Positions 49,047 through 60,768 of a stretch of DNA of 64,000 nt are shown in pieces; positions within the stretch are counted from its first letter, which is position 1; each line of letters begins with the position of its first letter. Below the pieces are notes generated by a model. The model worked only from the letters and a program-made list of their open reading frames with translations, did not search any database and was not told the DNA's origin. The position numbers and the translations under genes are program-made. This DNA is from Escherichia phage ECML-134: the sequence record JX128259; one strand, given 5' to 3'.

Positions 49047-49445
49047 TTATACCCTATTACTCGAAGCCAGTTGCAGTTTTATCTGCTCAATATCATCAGG
49101 GTTATCGATGACCGAAAAGCGTATTTCTACTATCAGAGTATAATCATCATAAACCGGTATTACATTAACTGCTAATTTATCAATACGTGGCTCGTAGTTT
49201 CTTACTGCGCTTTCGATATTACGCTCAACTGTGTCAGCAGTAAGAGGAGTCATATTTTCAAAAAGTTGATCAGATAAATCGCATCCAAATTCTGGGTCAA
49301 ATGGCCTTGACCCTTTTCTGGTTGTAATAATTCCCAAAAGGCTATTTTTAATTGACCTTAATCCAAGAGATCTAGAAACATCTTTGTCCCAATCCATTTT
49401 CATTTCTGGGTCAATGTCAGAATAAAGCTTATTAATATTTGCCAT
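49047..49445 (-). CDS. 25: gp25 baseplate wedge protein (gpW/lysozyme-like fold)
   Basis: 132 aa; T4 order and size. Confidence 0.9.
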   Translation of the reverse strand: MANINKLYSDIDPEMKMDWDKDVSRSLGLRSIKNSLLGIITTRKGSRPFDPEFGCDLSDQLFENMTPLTADTVERNIESAVRNYEPRIDKLAVNVIPVYDDYTLIVEIRFSVIDNPDDIEQIKLQLASSNRV

Positions 49446-50071
49446 TACAATAGCTCAAAGAATTCTTTGAGTCCTCTTATTACATGAGCGTGAGATTTTC
49501 CACACTCTGGACACTTAATTGGAACAGCCAAATAAACAGTAGGCTTTAAAAGCATATCTTTTATAGCTACAATATCTGACTCTGTGATGATAGAATATAA
49601 ATCTTCCAACTCTTTTTCATTCAAGTCTTCAATTGGAATGCTTTCCCCGTTAGCATGAATCGTTTCTATGCATGATACTATCATATGGGCTATATTTTTA
49701 TCATCAAAAATTTTAGGGTATCGGAATTTAATTTTAATGTCACCCAGTGTATACCAGAGGTCTTCTGGTGCATCTATTTGCGTATGTAATAGATTTATAT
49801 GGGTTGGTATTTCAGTTCCACAGGTGCACTTCCAGGAGTTTTCGTGATTAACTTCGCCGAGAGAATGTGCCCATAAATGAATCAACAATAGTTCTGATTC
49901 TTGGCGGTTTAAATCTTTTGCATTTGTGCAGTCTTTGATTAGCTTTTTAACAATTACTTCTACAGAACCATTATTTTTGGCAGTAATAAGTTCTAGATAT
50001 TCTTTAAGCGTGAATGCGCGACAATTGATTATTTTAGAACCAACTCTCACATCAAATTTGTATTCATACAT
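49445..50071 (-). CDS. 26: gp26 baseplate hub protein
   Basis: 208 aa; T4 order. Confidence 0.8.
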   Translation of the reverse strand: MYEYKFDVRVGSKIINCRAFTLKEYLELITAKNNGSVEVIVKKLIKDCTNAKDLNRQESELLLIHLWAHSLGEVNHENSWKCTCGTEIPTHINLLHTQIDAPEDLWYTLGDIKIKFRYPKIFDDKNIAHMIVSCIETIHANGESIPIEDLNEKELEDLYSIITESDIVAIKDMLLKPTVYLAVPIKCPECGKSHAHVIRGLKEFFELL

Positions 50072-50092
50072 ATTTAGCTCCTTTATTTATCA

Positions 50093-50100
50093 TATTTATA
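50093..50100 (-). promoter_or_regulatory. late promoter TATAAATA (minus) for genes 26-25
   Basis: plus TATTTATA = minus TATAAATA, 22 nt upstream of the start at 50071. Confidence 0.55.
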
Positions 50101-50104
50101 AATA
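50097..50104 (+). promoter_or_regulatory. late promoter TATAAATA (plus) for gene 51
   Basis: exact TATAAATA overlapping the minus-strand copy; 18 nt upstream of the ATG at 50122. Confidence 0.55.
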
Positions 50105-50121
50105 GAATAAAAGGAGCATCT

Positions 50122-50871
50122 ATGGCAAACATTATTCGTTGTAAATTACCAGATGGTGTTCATCGTTTTAAACCATTTACGGTAGAAGATTATCGAGATT
50201 TTTTGTTAGTTCGAAACGATATAGAACATCGGTCACCACAAGAACAAAAAGAAATAATTGCTGATTTAATTGCCGATTATTTTGGAGACTATCCGAAGAC
50301 TTGGCAACCATTTATATTTTTGCAGGTATTTGTAGGGTCAATAGGTAAAACAAAAGTACCGGTCACATTTGTATGTCCAAAATGTAAAAAAGAAAAGACA
50401 GTTCCATTTGAAATATATCAAAAAGAATTAAAGGAACCTGTTTTTGATGTAGCTAATGTTAAAATTAAATTAAAGTTTCCTTCTGAGTTTTATGAAAATA
50501 AAGCAAAGATGATTACTGAAAATATTCATTCTGTTCAAGTAGATGAAACATGGTACGATTGGAAGGAAATTAGCGAATCAAGTCAAATAGAACTTGTTGA
50601 CGCCATCGAGATAGAAACATTAGAAAAAATTCTCGATTCAATGAATCCTATTAATTTAACATTGCACATGTCGTGTTGTAATAAGTATGTAAAAAAATAC
50701 ACTGATATAGTAGATGTGTTTAAGCTATTAGTTAACCCAGATGAAATATTTACTTTTTATCAAATTAATCACACACTTGTAAAAAGTAATTATAGCTTAA
50801 ATTCAATAATGAAAATGATTCCTGCCGAGCGCGGATTCGTATTAAAACTGATTGAGAAGGATAAACAATAA
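50122..50871 (+). CDS. 51: gp51 baseplate hub assembly protein
   Basis: 249 aa; T4 order. Confidence 0.8.
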   Translation: MANIIRCKLPDGVHRFKPFTVEDYRDFLLVRNDIEHRSPQEQKEIIADLIADYFGDYPKTWQPFIFLQVFVGSIGKTKVPVTFVCPKCKKEKTVPFEIYQKELKEPVFDVANVKIKLKFPSEFYENKAKMITENIHSVQVDETWYDWKEISESSQIELVDAIEIETLEKILDSMNPINLTLHMSCCNKYVKKYTDIVDVFKLLVNPDEIFTFYQINHTLVKSNYSLNSIMKMIPAERGFVLKLIEKDKQ

Positions 50872-52046
50872 TGAGTATGTTGCAACGCCCAGGATATCCA
50901 AATCTCAGCGTTAAATTATTTGATAGCTACGACGCTTGGAGTAATAATAGATTTGTTGAATTAGCTGCTACTATTACCACATTAACTATGCGGGATTCTC
51001 TTTATGGCCGAAATGAAGGAATGCTGCAGTTTTATGATTCTAAAAACATTCATACAAAAATGGATGGAAATGAAATAATTCAGATTTCTGTAGCTAATGC
51101 AAATGATATTAATAATGTTAAAACACGAATTTATGGATGTAAGCATTTTTCCGTGTCAGTAGATTCAAAAGGTGATAACATCATTGCTATTGAATTGGGA
51201 ACTATTCATTCTATAGAAAATCTTAAATTTGGTAGACCATTTTTCCCTGATGCAGGTGAATCTATAAAAGAAATGCTTGGTGTCATTTATCAAGACCGTA
51301 CATTATTAACTCCAGCGATAAATGCTATAAATGCTTATGTTCCTGATATTCCATGGACTAGCACATTTGAAAACTATTTGTCATATGTAAGAGAAGTTGC
51401 TCTAGCTGTAGGAAGCGACAAATTTGTATTTGTATGGCAAGACATCATGGGAGTTAACATGATGGACTATGATATGATGATAAATCAAGAACCATATCCA
51501 ATGATTGTCGGTGAGCCATCTTTAATAGGTCAATTTGTCCAAGAATTAAAATATCCATTAGCATATGATTTCGTTTGGTTGACTAAATCGAATCCTCACA
51601 AACGTGACCCAATGAAAAATGCTACTATCTATGCTCATTCATTTTTAGATTCTTCATTGCCAATGATTACTACAGGAAAGGGCGAAAACTCTATTGTAGT
51701 GTCAAGATCAGGTGCTTATTCTGAAATGACTTATAGGAATGGATATGAAGAAGCTATTCGTCTTCAAACTATGGCACAATATGACGGCTATGCTAAATGT
51801 TCTACTGTCGGTAATTTTAACTTGACTCCTGGTGTTAAAATTATTTTTAATGATAGTAAAAACCAATTTAAAACAGAATTTTACGTTGATGAAGTTATCC
51901 ATGAATTATCCAATAATAATTCAGTAACTCATCTATATATGTTCACTAATGCAACGAAACTGGAAACAATAGACCCAGTTAAGGTTAAAAATGAATTTAA
52001 ATCTGATACTACCACTGAAGAAAGTAGTTCTTCCAATAAGCAATAA
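50871..52046 (+). CDS. 27: gp27 baseplate hub protein
   Basis: 391 aa; T4 order. Confidence 0.85.
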   Translation: MSMLQRPGYPNLSVKLFDSYDAWSNNRFVELAATITTLTMRDSLYGRNEGMLQFYDSKNIHTKMDGNEIIQISVANANDINNVKTRIYGCKHFSVSVDSKGDNIIAIELGTIHSIENLKFGRPFFPDAGESIKEMLGVIYQDRTLLTPAINAINAYVPDIPWTSTFENYLSYVREVALAVGSDKFVFVWQDIMGVNMMDYDMMINQEPYPMIVGEPSLIGQFVQELKYPLAYDFVWLTKSNPHKRDPMKNATIYAHSFLDSSLPMITTGKGENSIVVSRSGAYSEMTYRNGYEEAIRLQTMAQYDGYAKCSTVGNFNLTPGVKIIFNDSKNQFKTEFYVDEVIHELSNNNSVTHLYMFTNATKLETIDPVKVKNEFKSDTTTEESSSSNKQ

Positions 52047-52524
52047 AGAAGTTTCTATTCCTAAAATGGGTCTTAAACATTATAACATTTTAAAAGATGT
52101 TAAAGGTCCTGATGAAAATTTAAAACTTCTTATTGATTCTATTTGTCCGAATTTATCACCGGCAGAAGTTGATTTCGTTTCTATTCATTTATTGGAATTT
52201 AATGGAAAGATTAAATCTCGTAAAGAAATAGATGGCTATACTTATGACATTAATGATGTCTATGTATGCCAAAGATTGGAATTTCAATACCAAGGAAATA
52301 CATTTTATTTTAGACCTCCTGGAAAATTTGAACAATTTTTAACGGTGAGCGATATGTTATCTAAATGCTTGCTTAAGGTCAATGATGAAGTTAAAGAAAT
52401 TAATTTTCTTGAGATGCCAGCATTCGTTTTAAAATGGGCAAATGACATTTTTACAACTTTAGCAATTCCTGGCCCTAATGGTCCAATAACCGGAATTGGC
52501 AATATTATTGGATTATTTGAATGA
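51991..52524 (+). CDS. 28: gp28 baseplate hub distal subunit
   Basis: 177 aa; overlaps the gene 27 end. Confidence 0.75.
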   Translation: MNLNLILPLKKVVLPISNKEVSIPKMGLKHYNILKDVKGPDENLKLLIDSICPNLSPAEVDFVSIHLLEFNGKIKSRKEIDGYTYDINDVYVCQRLEFQYQGNTFYFRPPGKFEQFLTVSDMLSKCLLKVNDEVKEINFLEMPAFVLKWANDIFTTLAIPGPNGPITGIGNIIGLFE

Positions 52525-54293
52525 AAAAGCCACAAGAAATGCAAACGATGCGTAGAAAAGTTATTTCAGATAATAAACCAACACAGGAAGCGGCTAAATC
52601 CGCTTCTAACACTTTATCTGGACTTAATGATATATCTACGAAATTGGATGATGCTCAAGCTGCGTCTGAATTAATAGCTCAAACTGTCGAAGAAAAATCG
52701 AATGAAATAGTTGGAGCAATTGACAACGTAGAAAGCGCAGTGAGTGATACTACTGCTGGTTCTGAGTTAATTGCTGAAACTGTCGAAATTGGCAACAATA
52801 TTAATAAAGAAATCGGTGAATCACTCGGGAGCAAATTAGATAAATTAACAAGTTTACTAGAGCAAAAAATTCAGACAGCTGGAATTCAACAAACAGGAAC
52901 CAGTTTAGCCACGGTTGAAAGCGCTATTCCTGTTAAAGTTGTTGAGGATGATACTGCCGAATCTGTGGGTCCTTTATTACCAGCTCCCGAAGCAGTTAAT
53001 AATGATCCTGACGCTGATTTTTTCCCTACCCCTCAACCAGTTGAACCCAAACAAGAATCGCCAGAAGAAAAACAGAAAAAAGAAGCATTTAACTTAAAAT
53101 TATCTCAAGCTTTAGATAAATTAACAAAGACTGTTGATTTTGGATTTAAGAAATCCATTTCAATTAGTGATAAAATATCAAGCATGTTATTTAAGTACAC
53201 CATAAGTGCTGCTATTGAAGCTGCTAAAATGACTGCAATGATATTGGCTGTTGTTGTTGGAATAGACCTTTTGATGGTTCATTTTAAATACTGGTCAGAT
53301 AAATTTTCAAAAGCCTGGGATTTATTTAATACTGACTTTACTAAATTCTCTAGCGAAACCGGAACATGGGGTCCTTTATTACAGAGCATCTTTAGTTCTA
53401 TTGATGAAATTAAAAAGTTTTGGGAAGCCGGAGATTGGGGTGGATTGACAGTAGCTATTGTTGAAGGGCTTGGAAAGGTTCTTTATAATTTAGGAGAACT
53501 TATTCAATTAGGTATGGCTAAATTATCTGCGGCAATTCTTCGAGTTATTCCTGGTATGAAGGATACTGCTGATGAAGTAGAAGGAAGAGCACTAGAAAAT
53601 TTCCAAAATTCTACTGGAGCATCTCTCAGTAAAGAAGACCAAGAAAAAGTAGCAAATTATCAAGATAAACGAATGAATGGAGACCTCGGTCCAATAGCAG
53701 AAGGACTAGATAAAATTGCGAACTGGAAAACTCGTGCATCTAACTGGATTCGTGGTGTTGATAATAAAGAAGCATTGACAACTGACGAAGAACGTGCAGC
53801 GGAAGAAGAAAAATTAAAGCAACTTTCACCTGAAGAAAGAAAAAATGCTTTAATGAAAGCTAATGAAGCTCGTGCCGCGATGATTCGTTTTGAACAATAT
53901 GCCGATTCAGCTGATATGAGTAAAGACTCAACGGTTAAATCAGTTGAAGCTGCCTATGAAGACCTTAAAAAACGGATGGATGACCCGGATTTAAATAATT
54001 CACCGGCAGTTAAAAAAGAACTTGCTGCTAGATTTTCTAAAATTGATGCTACTTATCAAGAGCTCAAGAAAAATCAGCCTAATGCCAAACCTGAAACTTC
54101 TGCTAAATCACCAGAAGCGAAACAAGTCCAGGTGATTGAAAAGAACAAAGCACAGCAAGCTCCTGTTCAACAAGCATCTCCTTCAATCAATAATACTAAT
54201 AATGTTATTAAGAAAAATACTGTCGTTCATAATATGACACCTGTAACGAGCACGACTGCTCCTGGTGTATTTGATGCGACTGGAGTTAATTAA
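52521..54293 (+). CDS. 29: gp29 tail tape-measure/hub protein
   Basis: 590 aa; T4 order. Confidence 0.85.
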   Translation: MKKPQEMQTMRRKVISDNKPTQEAAKSASNTLSGLNDISTKLDDAQAASELIAQTVEEKSNEIVGAIDNVESAVSDTTAGSELIAETVEIGNNINKEIGESLGSKLDKLTSLLEQKIQTAGIQQTGTSLATVESAIPVKVVEDDTAESVGPLLPAPEAVNNDPDADFFPTPQPVEPKQESPEEKQKKEAFNLKLSQALDKLTKTVDFGFKKSISISDKISSMLFKYTISAAIEAAKMTAMILAVVVGIDLLMVHFKYWSDKFSKAWDLFNTDFTKFSSETGTWGPLLQSIFSSIDEIKKFWEAGDWGGLTVAIVEGLGKVLYNLGELIQLGMAKLSAAILRVIPGMKDTADEVEGRALENFQNSTGASLSKEDQEKVANYQDKRMNGDLGPIAEGLDKIANWKTRASNWIRGVDNKEALTTDEERAAEEEKLKQLSPEERKNALMKANEARAAMIRFEQYADSADMSKDSTVKSVEAAYEDLKKRMDDPDLNNSPAVKKELAARFSKIDATYQELKKNQPNAKPETSAKSPEAKQVQVIEKNKAQQAPVQQASPSINNTNNVIKKNTVVHNMTPVTSTTAPGVFDATGVN

Positions 54294-54301
54294 GGAATAA
54301 T

Positions 54302-55396
54302 ATGGCAATTGTTAAAGAAATAACTGCTGATTTAATTAAAAAGTCCGGTGAGAAAATTTCAGCCGGACAGAGTACTAAATCAGAAGTAGGAACTAAAACA
54401 TACACTGCCCAGTTTCCAACTGGGCGTGCTAGTGGTAATGACACTACAGGGGACTTCCAGGTAACAGATCTATATAAGAATGGATTATTATTTACTGCAT
54501 ACAATATGTCATCTAGGGATTCTGGAAGTCTTAGATCGATGAGATCTAACTACTCTTCTTCATCTTCGAGTATTTTACGTACAGCTAGAAACACTATTAG
54601 TAGTACAGTATCAAAACTATCAAATGGATTAATATCAAATAATAATTCAGGAACAATAAGTAAATCTCCTATCGCAAACACTCTTTTACCGAGATCTAAA
54701 TCTGATGTTGATACATCATCACATAGATTTAATGATGTTCAAGAAAGCCTTATCAGTAGAGGCGGAGGTACTGCTACTGGTGTGCTAAGTAATATTGCTT
54801 CAACCGCAGTATTTGGGGCGCTGGAAAGTATAACACAAGGCATAATGGCTGATAATAATGAACAGATTTATACGACAGCCAGAAGTATGTATGGTGGTGC
54901 TGAAAATAGAACTAAAGTGTTTACATGGGATTTGACTCCACGTTCAACAGAAGATTTAATGGCTATTATTAATATCTATCAATATTTTAACTATTTTTCT
55001 TATGGTGAAACTGGTAAATCTCAATATGCTGCTGAAATAAAGGGGTATTTAGATGATTGGTATCGTTCTACGTTAATTGAACCTTTATCTCCAGAAGACG
55101 CAGCTAAAAATAAAACACTATTTGAGAAAATGACATCGAGTTTAACTAACGTTCTAGTAGTTTCAAACCCGACAGTTTGGATGGTGAAAAACTTTGGCGC
55201 AACATCTAAGTTTGATGGAAAAACGGAAATATTTGGTCCATGTCAAATACAGAGCATTAGATTTGATAAAACACCTAATGGTAACTTTAACGGATTAGCT
55301 ATTGCTCCAAACCTCCCTAGTACATTTACTCTCGAGATTACTATGAGAGAAATTATCACGTTAAACCGTGCTTCTTTATATGCGGGGACTTTTTAA
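54302..55396 (+). CDS. 48: gp48 baseplate tail-tube junction protein
   Basis: 364 aa; T4 order. Confidence 0.85.
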   Translation: MAIVKEITADLIKKSGEKISAGQSTKSEVGTKTYTAQFPTGRASGNDTTGDFQVTDLYKNGLLFTAYNMSSRDSGSLRSMRSNYSSSSSSILRTARNTISSTVSKLSNGLISNNNSGTISKSPIANTLLPRSKSDVDTSSHRFNDVQESLISRGGGTATGVLSNIASTAVFGALESITQGIMADNNEQIYTTARSMYGGAENRTKVFTWDLTPRSTEDLMAIINIYQYFNYFSYGETGKSQYAAEIKGYLDDWYRSTLIEPLSPEDAAKNKTLFEKMTSSLTNVLVVSNPTVWMVKNFGATSKFDGKTEIFGPCQIQSIRFDKTPNGNFNGLAIAPNLPSTFTLEITMREIITLNRASLYAGTF

Positions 55397-56361
55397 TGTA
55401 TTCTTTAGAGGAATTTAATAATCAAGCAATAAACGCAGATTTCCAACGTAATAATATGTTTAGCTGCGTTTTTGCAACAACTCCATCAACTAAAAGCTCT
55501 TCGTTGATAAGTTCAATTAGCAACTTTTCTTATAATAACTTGGGCCTAAATTCAGATTGGTTAGGATTAACTCAAGGCGATATTAATCAGGGAATTACCA
55601 CGCTAATTACAGCTGGCACACAAAAACTGATAAGAAAATCAGGAGTTAGTAAATATCTTATTGGTGCCATGAGTCAACGTACAGTTCAAAGTTTATTAGG
55701 ATCATTTACAGTTGGTACATATTTAATTGACTTCTTTAACATGGCATATAACTCATCTGGATTGATGATATATTCTGTAAAAATGCCAGAGAATAGATTA
55801 TCCTATGAAACTGACTGGAACTACAACTCTCCTAATATTCGTATAACTGGGAGAGAATTAGACCCTTTGGTTATTTCATTTAGAATGGATTCAGAAGCTT
55901 GTAACTATCGTGCAATGCAAGACTGGGTTAACTCTGTTCAAGACCCAGTAACTGGATTACGTGCTTTGCCGCAAGATGTCGAGGCAGATATTCAGGTTAA
56001 TCTTCATTCTCGCAATGGATTACCTCATACTGCGGTGATGTTCACCGGATGCATTCCAATATCAGTGAGCGCTCCTGAGTTATCATATGATGGAGATAAC
56101 CAAATAACTACATTTGATGTTACTTTTGCGTACAGAGTGATGCAGGCTGGAGCAGTTGATAGGCAAGCTGCGCTTGAATGGCTTGAATCTGCTGCTATAA
56201 ATGGTATTCAAAGCGTTCTCGGAAATAGTGGAGGTGTTACTGGACTATCTAATTCGCTTTCACGACTTAGTAGATTAGGAGGAACTGCAGGAAGCATTTC
56301 AAACATTAATACTATGACAGGAATTGTCAATTCGCAGAGTAAAATATTAGGAGCAATATAA
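55396..56361 (+). CDS. 54: gp54 baseplate tail-tube initiator
   Basis: 321 aa; T4 order. Confidence 0.85.
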   Translation: MYSLEEFNNQAINADFQRNNMFSCVFATTPSTKSSSLISSISNFSYNNLGLNSDWLGLTQGDINQGITTLITAGTQKLIRKSGVSKYLIGAMSQRTVQSLLGSFTVGTYLIDFFNMAYNSSGLMIYSVKMPENRLSYETDWNYNSPNIRITGRELDPLVISFRMDSEACNYRAMQDWVNSVQDPVTGLRALPQDVEADIQVNLHSRNGLPHTAVMFTGCIPISVSAPELSYDGDNQITTFDVTFAYRVMQAGAVDRQAALEWLESAAINGIQSVLGNSGGVTGLSNSLSRLSRLGGTAGSISNINTMTGIVNSQSKILGAI

Positions 56362-56366
56362 CAATG

Positions 56367-56392
56367 GGGACCTTTCGGTCCCCATATTTTTA
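56367..56392. terminator. terminator hairpin between convergent gene 54 and 56390..56680
   Basis: GGGGACC-TTTCGG-TCCCC followed by a T-rich run. Confidence 0.55.
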
Positions 56393-56680
56393 TTTACGGA
56401 ATGAAATGAAAGCAGCAACTGAAGCAACTAAACTGTCTTCAATATAAACTTCAATTTTTACCGGAGCTTCTGACTCAAATTTACCTGTTACTACACCCTG
56501 AAAAATACTTTCAGTCTGTTCTGGCTTTGAAAAATTTTCAGAAGGAAAAATTCCGAACTTTTTATCTGTTCCAAAAATTTTGATAAATTCATCATAAACT
56601 GCTTCATTAAAAGCATTATCAGCAGGAATAACGCCTTCAACTACAAGTTCTTGACCTAAAAAGCGTAAAGAAGATTTCAT
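56390..56680 (-). CDS. hypothetical protein (alt-upstream ORF)
   Basis: 96 aa ORF. Confidence 0.55.
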   Translation of the reverse strand: MKSSLRFLGQELVVEGVIPADNAFNEAVYDEFIKIFGTDKKFGIFPSENFSKPEQTESIFQGVVTGKFESEAPVKIEVYIEDSLVASVAAFISFRK

Positions 56681-56740
56681 TTTGTGTTCCTCATGTTATG
56701 TCAGTAAGACTACTATAACACAACATAAGGAACTTGTAAA

Positions 56741-58804
56741 CTACATCTTGAACTTTTTAGACATTCCGTTGATGTTAACCAAAGAAGCTAAGATTTGAGA
56801 AACTTCGTTTTCCTCTTCTTTTGATTCTTCTACAAGGAATTGATTAAATCCAGCCATTGGACGAACTTCACCAGTTTCCATTAGATGGTCTCCATCATAT
56901 ACTGATTCTTCTAATTGTTCAGAAGGAGGAACGATTGTACCTTCGATTAGATACTTGTTATAAGCAGTTTCTTTCATAAAGTACGTACTTACTTTATTAA
57001 TCTTCAGTAAAATTCCACGCGGTAGAATAACTTCAGCTTCTGATGGAAATCCTGATAAATGACCTGGAACGATAACTTTGATTCGCTCAGCTCCTTTAAT
57101 TACCATACCCACGCTAGTTTCAGCATCTTCATTGGCATATGTAGAATGACTACCCATATGCATTAAATCTTCTGCATCAACGGAACCTTCTCCTTCGCCA
57201 GAAAATACTGCGCCGGAATCATCTAGAGCCATATAGTTTTTACCATGCTCACCGAAGATATTTGGTTTAAGTGATGTCGATACGAAGTTCTTGAAATAGA
57301 ACATTTTATTTTCAATGTTATGACGCAAAGTTTTAAAGGTAACTTCTTGTCCACGGTAAAGTGTAGTTCCTGGAGGAAGAACTGATCCTTTGGCAAAGGC
57401 AGAATCTAACGTCTCGATGTGCTTAATAGCTCGTTCCATGTATTCTTCACGGGTAGAATCTGGTTTACCCAAAAGGAACGAGTTCATTTCAACATATGAA
57501 TCTGCACAATAATCTTCAATTACATCAGATTCAGCCTGAGTCAGTCCTTTTGGAGTTACTTCGGTGCTTGCGTATTCATATGCCTGAGCAGCAGATTCAT
57601 TAATCAATTTATAAATGCCATTCATTACAAATTGAATAATAGCTGTCTTTTCATCTGACGTAGCTTTAGAACCTTTAACTAAATCATTGATAATTTTCTT
57701 AATAACATCAAAGCTATTAGAAATATTAATGTCAGCAAGATCGCTTAAAATTTTATCAGTTTTATAATCAAAGAATTCTTTATTCTTTAAATATTCTTGA
57801 GAACCTTGATATGTTATATCGCTCTGCAGCTTGATAGATGGATCGCGTAAACGTGCATGGGCTAATGCAATATGATTTCGGAAACTTTCTAGTTCATAAT
57901 CATTAGATTTAAAACGAGAAGCACTTCTCATACCACCGATAGCTCCTTTGCTGAAGTTTGAACCAATCTGGATAACGCCAGAGTTCATTGGTCCTTCTGC
58001 TTTATATACCGGAACTTTAGATTCAAACTCTTGATATTTCTTGGCAGCGAAGCTATCACCCTGAAGTGAAGCATCAACAGTAGAATATTGAGCTTGTGCT
58101 GCTAATCGACGACTAATTTTAGTTTTCTGAATAACAGCTTGATCAGTGCGCTTATCATTTTCTAAAGCAATAGAAGCAGCAACAGCGACAGCTTTAGGAA
58201 CAGCATTACCTGTTTTAACGTCTACATAAACATCACCAACCTTTGATTCAACTTTTGTGAATAACTCAGTTGAAATAGGAGGTACACCTGGAATGTCTTC
58301 TAAATTGGCATTTTTACGGTAAACCATAATATATGCATACTTTTTATCGTAATCCCAGAGTTCCTTAAGAAGGACGTATCTGCCACCTGAACGACTACGG
58401 ATAAGTCTATCAGCAATAACTTGAATTTGTCGAGCTTGGCCAGCAGTTTTAGACTTAAGAATACGAAGCATACAAGCATCAATTTTATATTGACGCATTG
58501 TTTGCATTGCAACAGTAAAAACTGAATTGATATAATTAATTGGGCTTGGACCAAGACCTTTTAATTTAGCAATTGAACCTTTAGCAGTTAATGTAAAAGG
58601 AACAATATGCATCATTTTGTCGCCCATTTTTAAATCGCGATTAGTATCACCTCCAGATGTATAGGTACATAAACGAAAGCCTGGTTGTTCAATTGCATCA
58701 TCAACATGAACTGAAAAAATTTGTGGTATTTTCTTCTTTGGATTTAAGTTTGTAATCGGAAGAGTAGTATCTTCGTCAAATAATTCTGTAATGAGTTCCA
58801 TCAT
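56741..58804 (-). CDS. alt: Alt, capsid-packaged ADP-ribosyltransferase
   Basis: 687 aa; position between gene 54 and gene 30 as in T4. Confidence 0.75.
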   Translation of the reverse strand: MMELITELFDEDTTLPITNLNPKKKIPQIFSVHVDDAIEQPGFRLCTYTSGGDTNRDLKMGDKMMHIVPFTLTAKGSIAKLKGLGPSPINYINSVFTVAMQTMRQYKIDACMLRILKSKTAGQARQIQVIADRLIRSRSGGRYVLLKELWDYDKKYAYIMVYRKNANLEDIPGVPPISTELFTKVESKVGDVYVDVKTGNAVPKAVAVAASIALENDKRTDQAVIQKTKISRRLAAQAQYSTVDASLQGDSFAAKKYQEFESKVPVYKAEGPMNSGVIQIGSNFSKGAIGGMRSASRFKSNDYELESFRNHIALAHARLRDPSIKLQSDITYQGSQEYLKNKEFFDYKTDKILSDLADINISNSFDVIKKIINDLVKGSKATSDEKTAIIQFVMNGIYKLINESAAQAYEYASTEVTPKGLTQAESDVIEDYCADSYVEMNSFLLGKPDSTREEYMERAIKHIETLDSAFAKGSVLPPGTTLYRGQEVTFKTLRHNIENKMFYFKNFVSTSLKPNIFGEHGKNYMALDDSGAVFSGEGEGSVDAEDLMHMGSHSTYANEDAETSVGMVIKGAERIKVIVPGHLSGFPSEAEVILPRGILLKINKVSTYFMKETAYNKYLIEGTIVPPSEQLEESVYDGDHLMETGEVRPMAGFNQFLVEESKEEENEVSQILASLVNINGMSKKFKM

Positions 58805-58824
58805 ATCCTCTCTAGTGTTTATTC

Positions 58825-58832
58825 TATTTATA
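58825..58832 (-). promoter_or_regulatory. late promoter TATAAATA (minus) for alt
   Basis: plus TATTTATA = minus TATAAATA, about 21 nt upstream of the alt start. Confidence 0.5.
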
Positions 58833-58853
58833 AAATTAAAGGCCCGAAGGCCT

Positions 58854-59042
58854 TTAATAATCTATTGGTAAGAGAGTACGATATATTTCAAACTTTGGAC
58901 CTTTTTCATAGGCATCAAATGTTTCTGTGAATTTATTATAAGCATATGCATCTATAAATTCAATCATGATTTGTGATACAGAAGTAGAAACATCTCCACC
59001 TTCTTTTTGAGCCACGACAATTGTTTCTAAGTAAGCTTTCAT
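58854..59042 (-). CDS. hypothetical small protein
   Basis: 62 aa ORF overlapping the gene 30 stop. Confidence 0.5.
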   Translation of the reverse strand: MKAYLETIVVAQKEGGDVSTSVSQIMIEFIDAYAYNKFTETFDAYEKGPKFEIYRTLLPIDY

Positions 59043-60502
59043 AAACCAGTTACCTCATGAAAATTACCAAATACATCCTCGAATGTATTAGCTTTAGTTT
59101 TATCTTCACGCAAACGAATCGCAATCGGAAGAAATAATTTAACGTAATCAGTGCGGCCATCAGATTTTAACCAACCGTTGCATTCGCACTCTAGAATTTT
59201 TCCAATATAATAATTTTGGTTTTCCATAATGCGAGTACGGTCAAGTTCATGCGATTTTACACCGGCTTTATCTTTTAAGCCTGAACCAGCATTTACTTTA
59301 ATTTTTCCACACTCTGACTCAAGAATAAATCCACCTGCTTTAGTAGGGTCTTTACGGTGAGGATAAATTCCTACAATTTTTAAATCAACATCAATTACTT
59401 CTTTAAATTTATAGAGATTTTTTGAACGAGCATTTTCCCATAATCCATCGATATTTTTGAGAATAATACCTTCAAGACCTTGGTCAATATACTTTTTATA
59501 AATTACCTTAGCTTCATCTAGGTTATTTACTATCTGGTTTTCAATTAAAATTACTTTATCATAGCCTGATGTCATTTGTTCTAGTTTAGAAAAACGTACA
59601 TCATATTTTAAACGAAATGCTGGAAGACCGTATATTTCTACTAATGGAACATAGTCCCAGACCTGAAACTTCATGCATTGTGCTTCTTTTTCAGAAATGG
59701 TTCCCTTTAAAGATTTATTAGCGATTCCATTAGAAGCAGTACGTGATTCAGCTACTTCGGCGAATTCTTTAGCTTTACTAATTTCAGGATAAGCATCAAA
59801 AAGAAAATCTAGGCCTTCTGGTTCCTTTTCAACTTGCTCATGGTATACCAATTCGCCATCAATTAATACACCTTCTGGATGAATCTGGCGGGCTTCAGCA
59901 GTCATTTTGATTAACTCTTCCTTAAGAAGATCTAATCCTAGATATTCATTGCCAGCTCGTGATAAAAGACGAACATCATCTAATTCATCACCTCTGACTT
60001 CGGCAAAGCACCGAGCTCCATCAGCTTTTAACTGGGCAAAGGCTGGAAATTTGATATTCTTATTAATGCCTTTTTCATCATAAGAACTTGCAAGCATTTG
60101 AGGTTGTTCAGGAATTAAACCTGGCCAAACTTTGTTCGCAATAGATACTGAAGCGCCACATTCAAGATCTCGCATCATCACTCGACGCAAAACTTCAACA
60201 TCATCTTTTTTACCATCGGTGATGTATCCAGTTAATTCCTCAATCGCCGCATTTCCAGTCAATTTCCGAGTAGCTAACGTGAATTCAATGAAGTCAAACA
60301 TATCGGTAAGAGTCAACATTCCAAAACTCTGGGTAGCAATACCAGGTTTAGGCCATTTCTTGATATAATACTGTAACCCACGAGAATAAGTCAGACGATA
60401 TACTCGTTTAAGCAATTCATTATCTTTATTCTTTTCAAGAATTGCTTGCTTCTGCTTAGTTGAACCAATAGATGCTATTTCGTTCAGAATTTTAAGAATC
60501 AT
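59039..60502 (-). CDS. 30: ATP-dependent DNA ligase gp30
   Basis: 487 aa; adenylation motif KADGARC; T4 order. Confidence 0.9.
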   Translation of the reverse strand: MILKILNEIASIGSTKQKQAILEKNKDNELLKRVYRLTYSRGLQYYIKKWPKPGIATQSFGMLTLTDMFDFIEFTLATRKLTGNAAIEELTGYITDGKKDDVEVLRRVMMRDLECGASVSIANKVWPGLIPEQPQMLASSYDEKGINKNIKFPAFAQLKADGARCFAEVRGDELDDVRLLSRAGNEYLGLDLLKEELIKMTAEARQIHPEGVLIDGELVYHEQVEKEPEGLDFLFDAYPEISKAKEFAEVAESRTASNGIANKSLKGTISEKEAQCMKFQVWDYVPLVEIYGLPAFRLKYDVRFSKLEQMTSGYDKVILIENQIVNNLDEAKVIYKKYIDQGLEGIILKNIDGLWENARSKNLYKFKEVIDVDLKIVGIYPHRKDPTKAGGFILESECGKIKVNAGSGLKDKAGVKSHELDRTRIMENQNYYIGKILECECNGWLKSDGRTDYVKLFLPIAIRLREDKTKANTFEDVFGNFHEVTGL

Positions 60503-60768
60503 TGTTCATCCTTTAGAGTTTGGTTTACAGCTCTATTATAAATCAATTCATCATTAAGCTCAGTCAAAGACCTGTGGTACGTGGTTCTAACTTTATTTCC
60601 TTGCATCCAGTGCTTGACGTAAATGAAACCTTGCTCTACACATTTTTTAAAAATTCGTTCGTCTTTTTGAGCTCGGAATTCTGGATTGCATCTAAAAAAT
60701 TGATTTACGTGACCGTAATCACGTGTAGTATTACCTTCATTTTCATAAATAGTGTGAACGACAAACAT
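60499..60768 (-). CDS. hypothetical protein (30.1-like)
   Basis: 89 aa ORF. Confidence 0.6.
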   Translation of the reverse strand: MFVVHTIYENEGNTTRDYGHVNQFFRCNPEFRAQKDERIFKKCVEQGFIYVKHWMQGNKVRTTYHRSLTELNDELIYNRAVNQTLKDEQ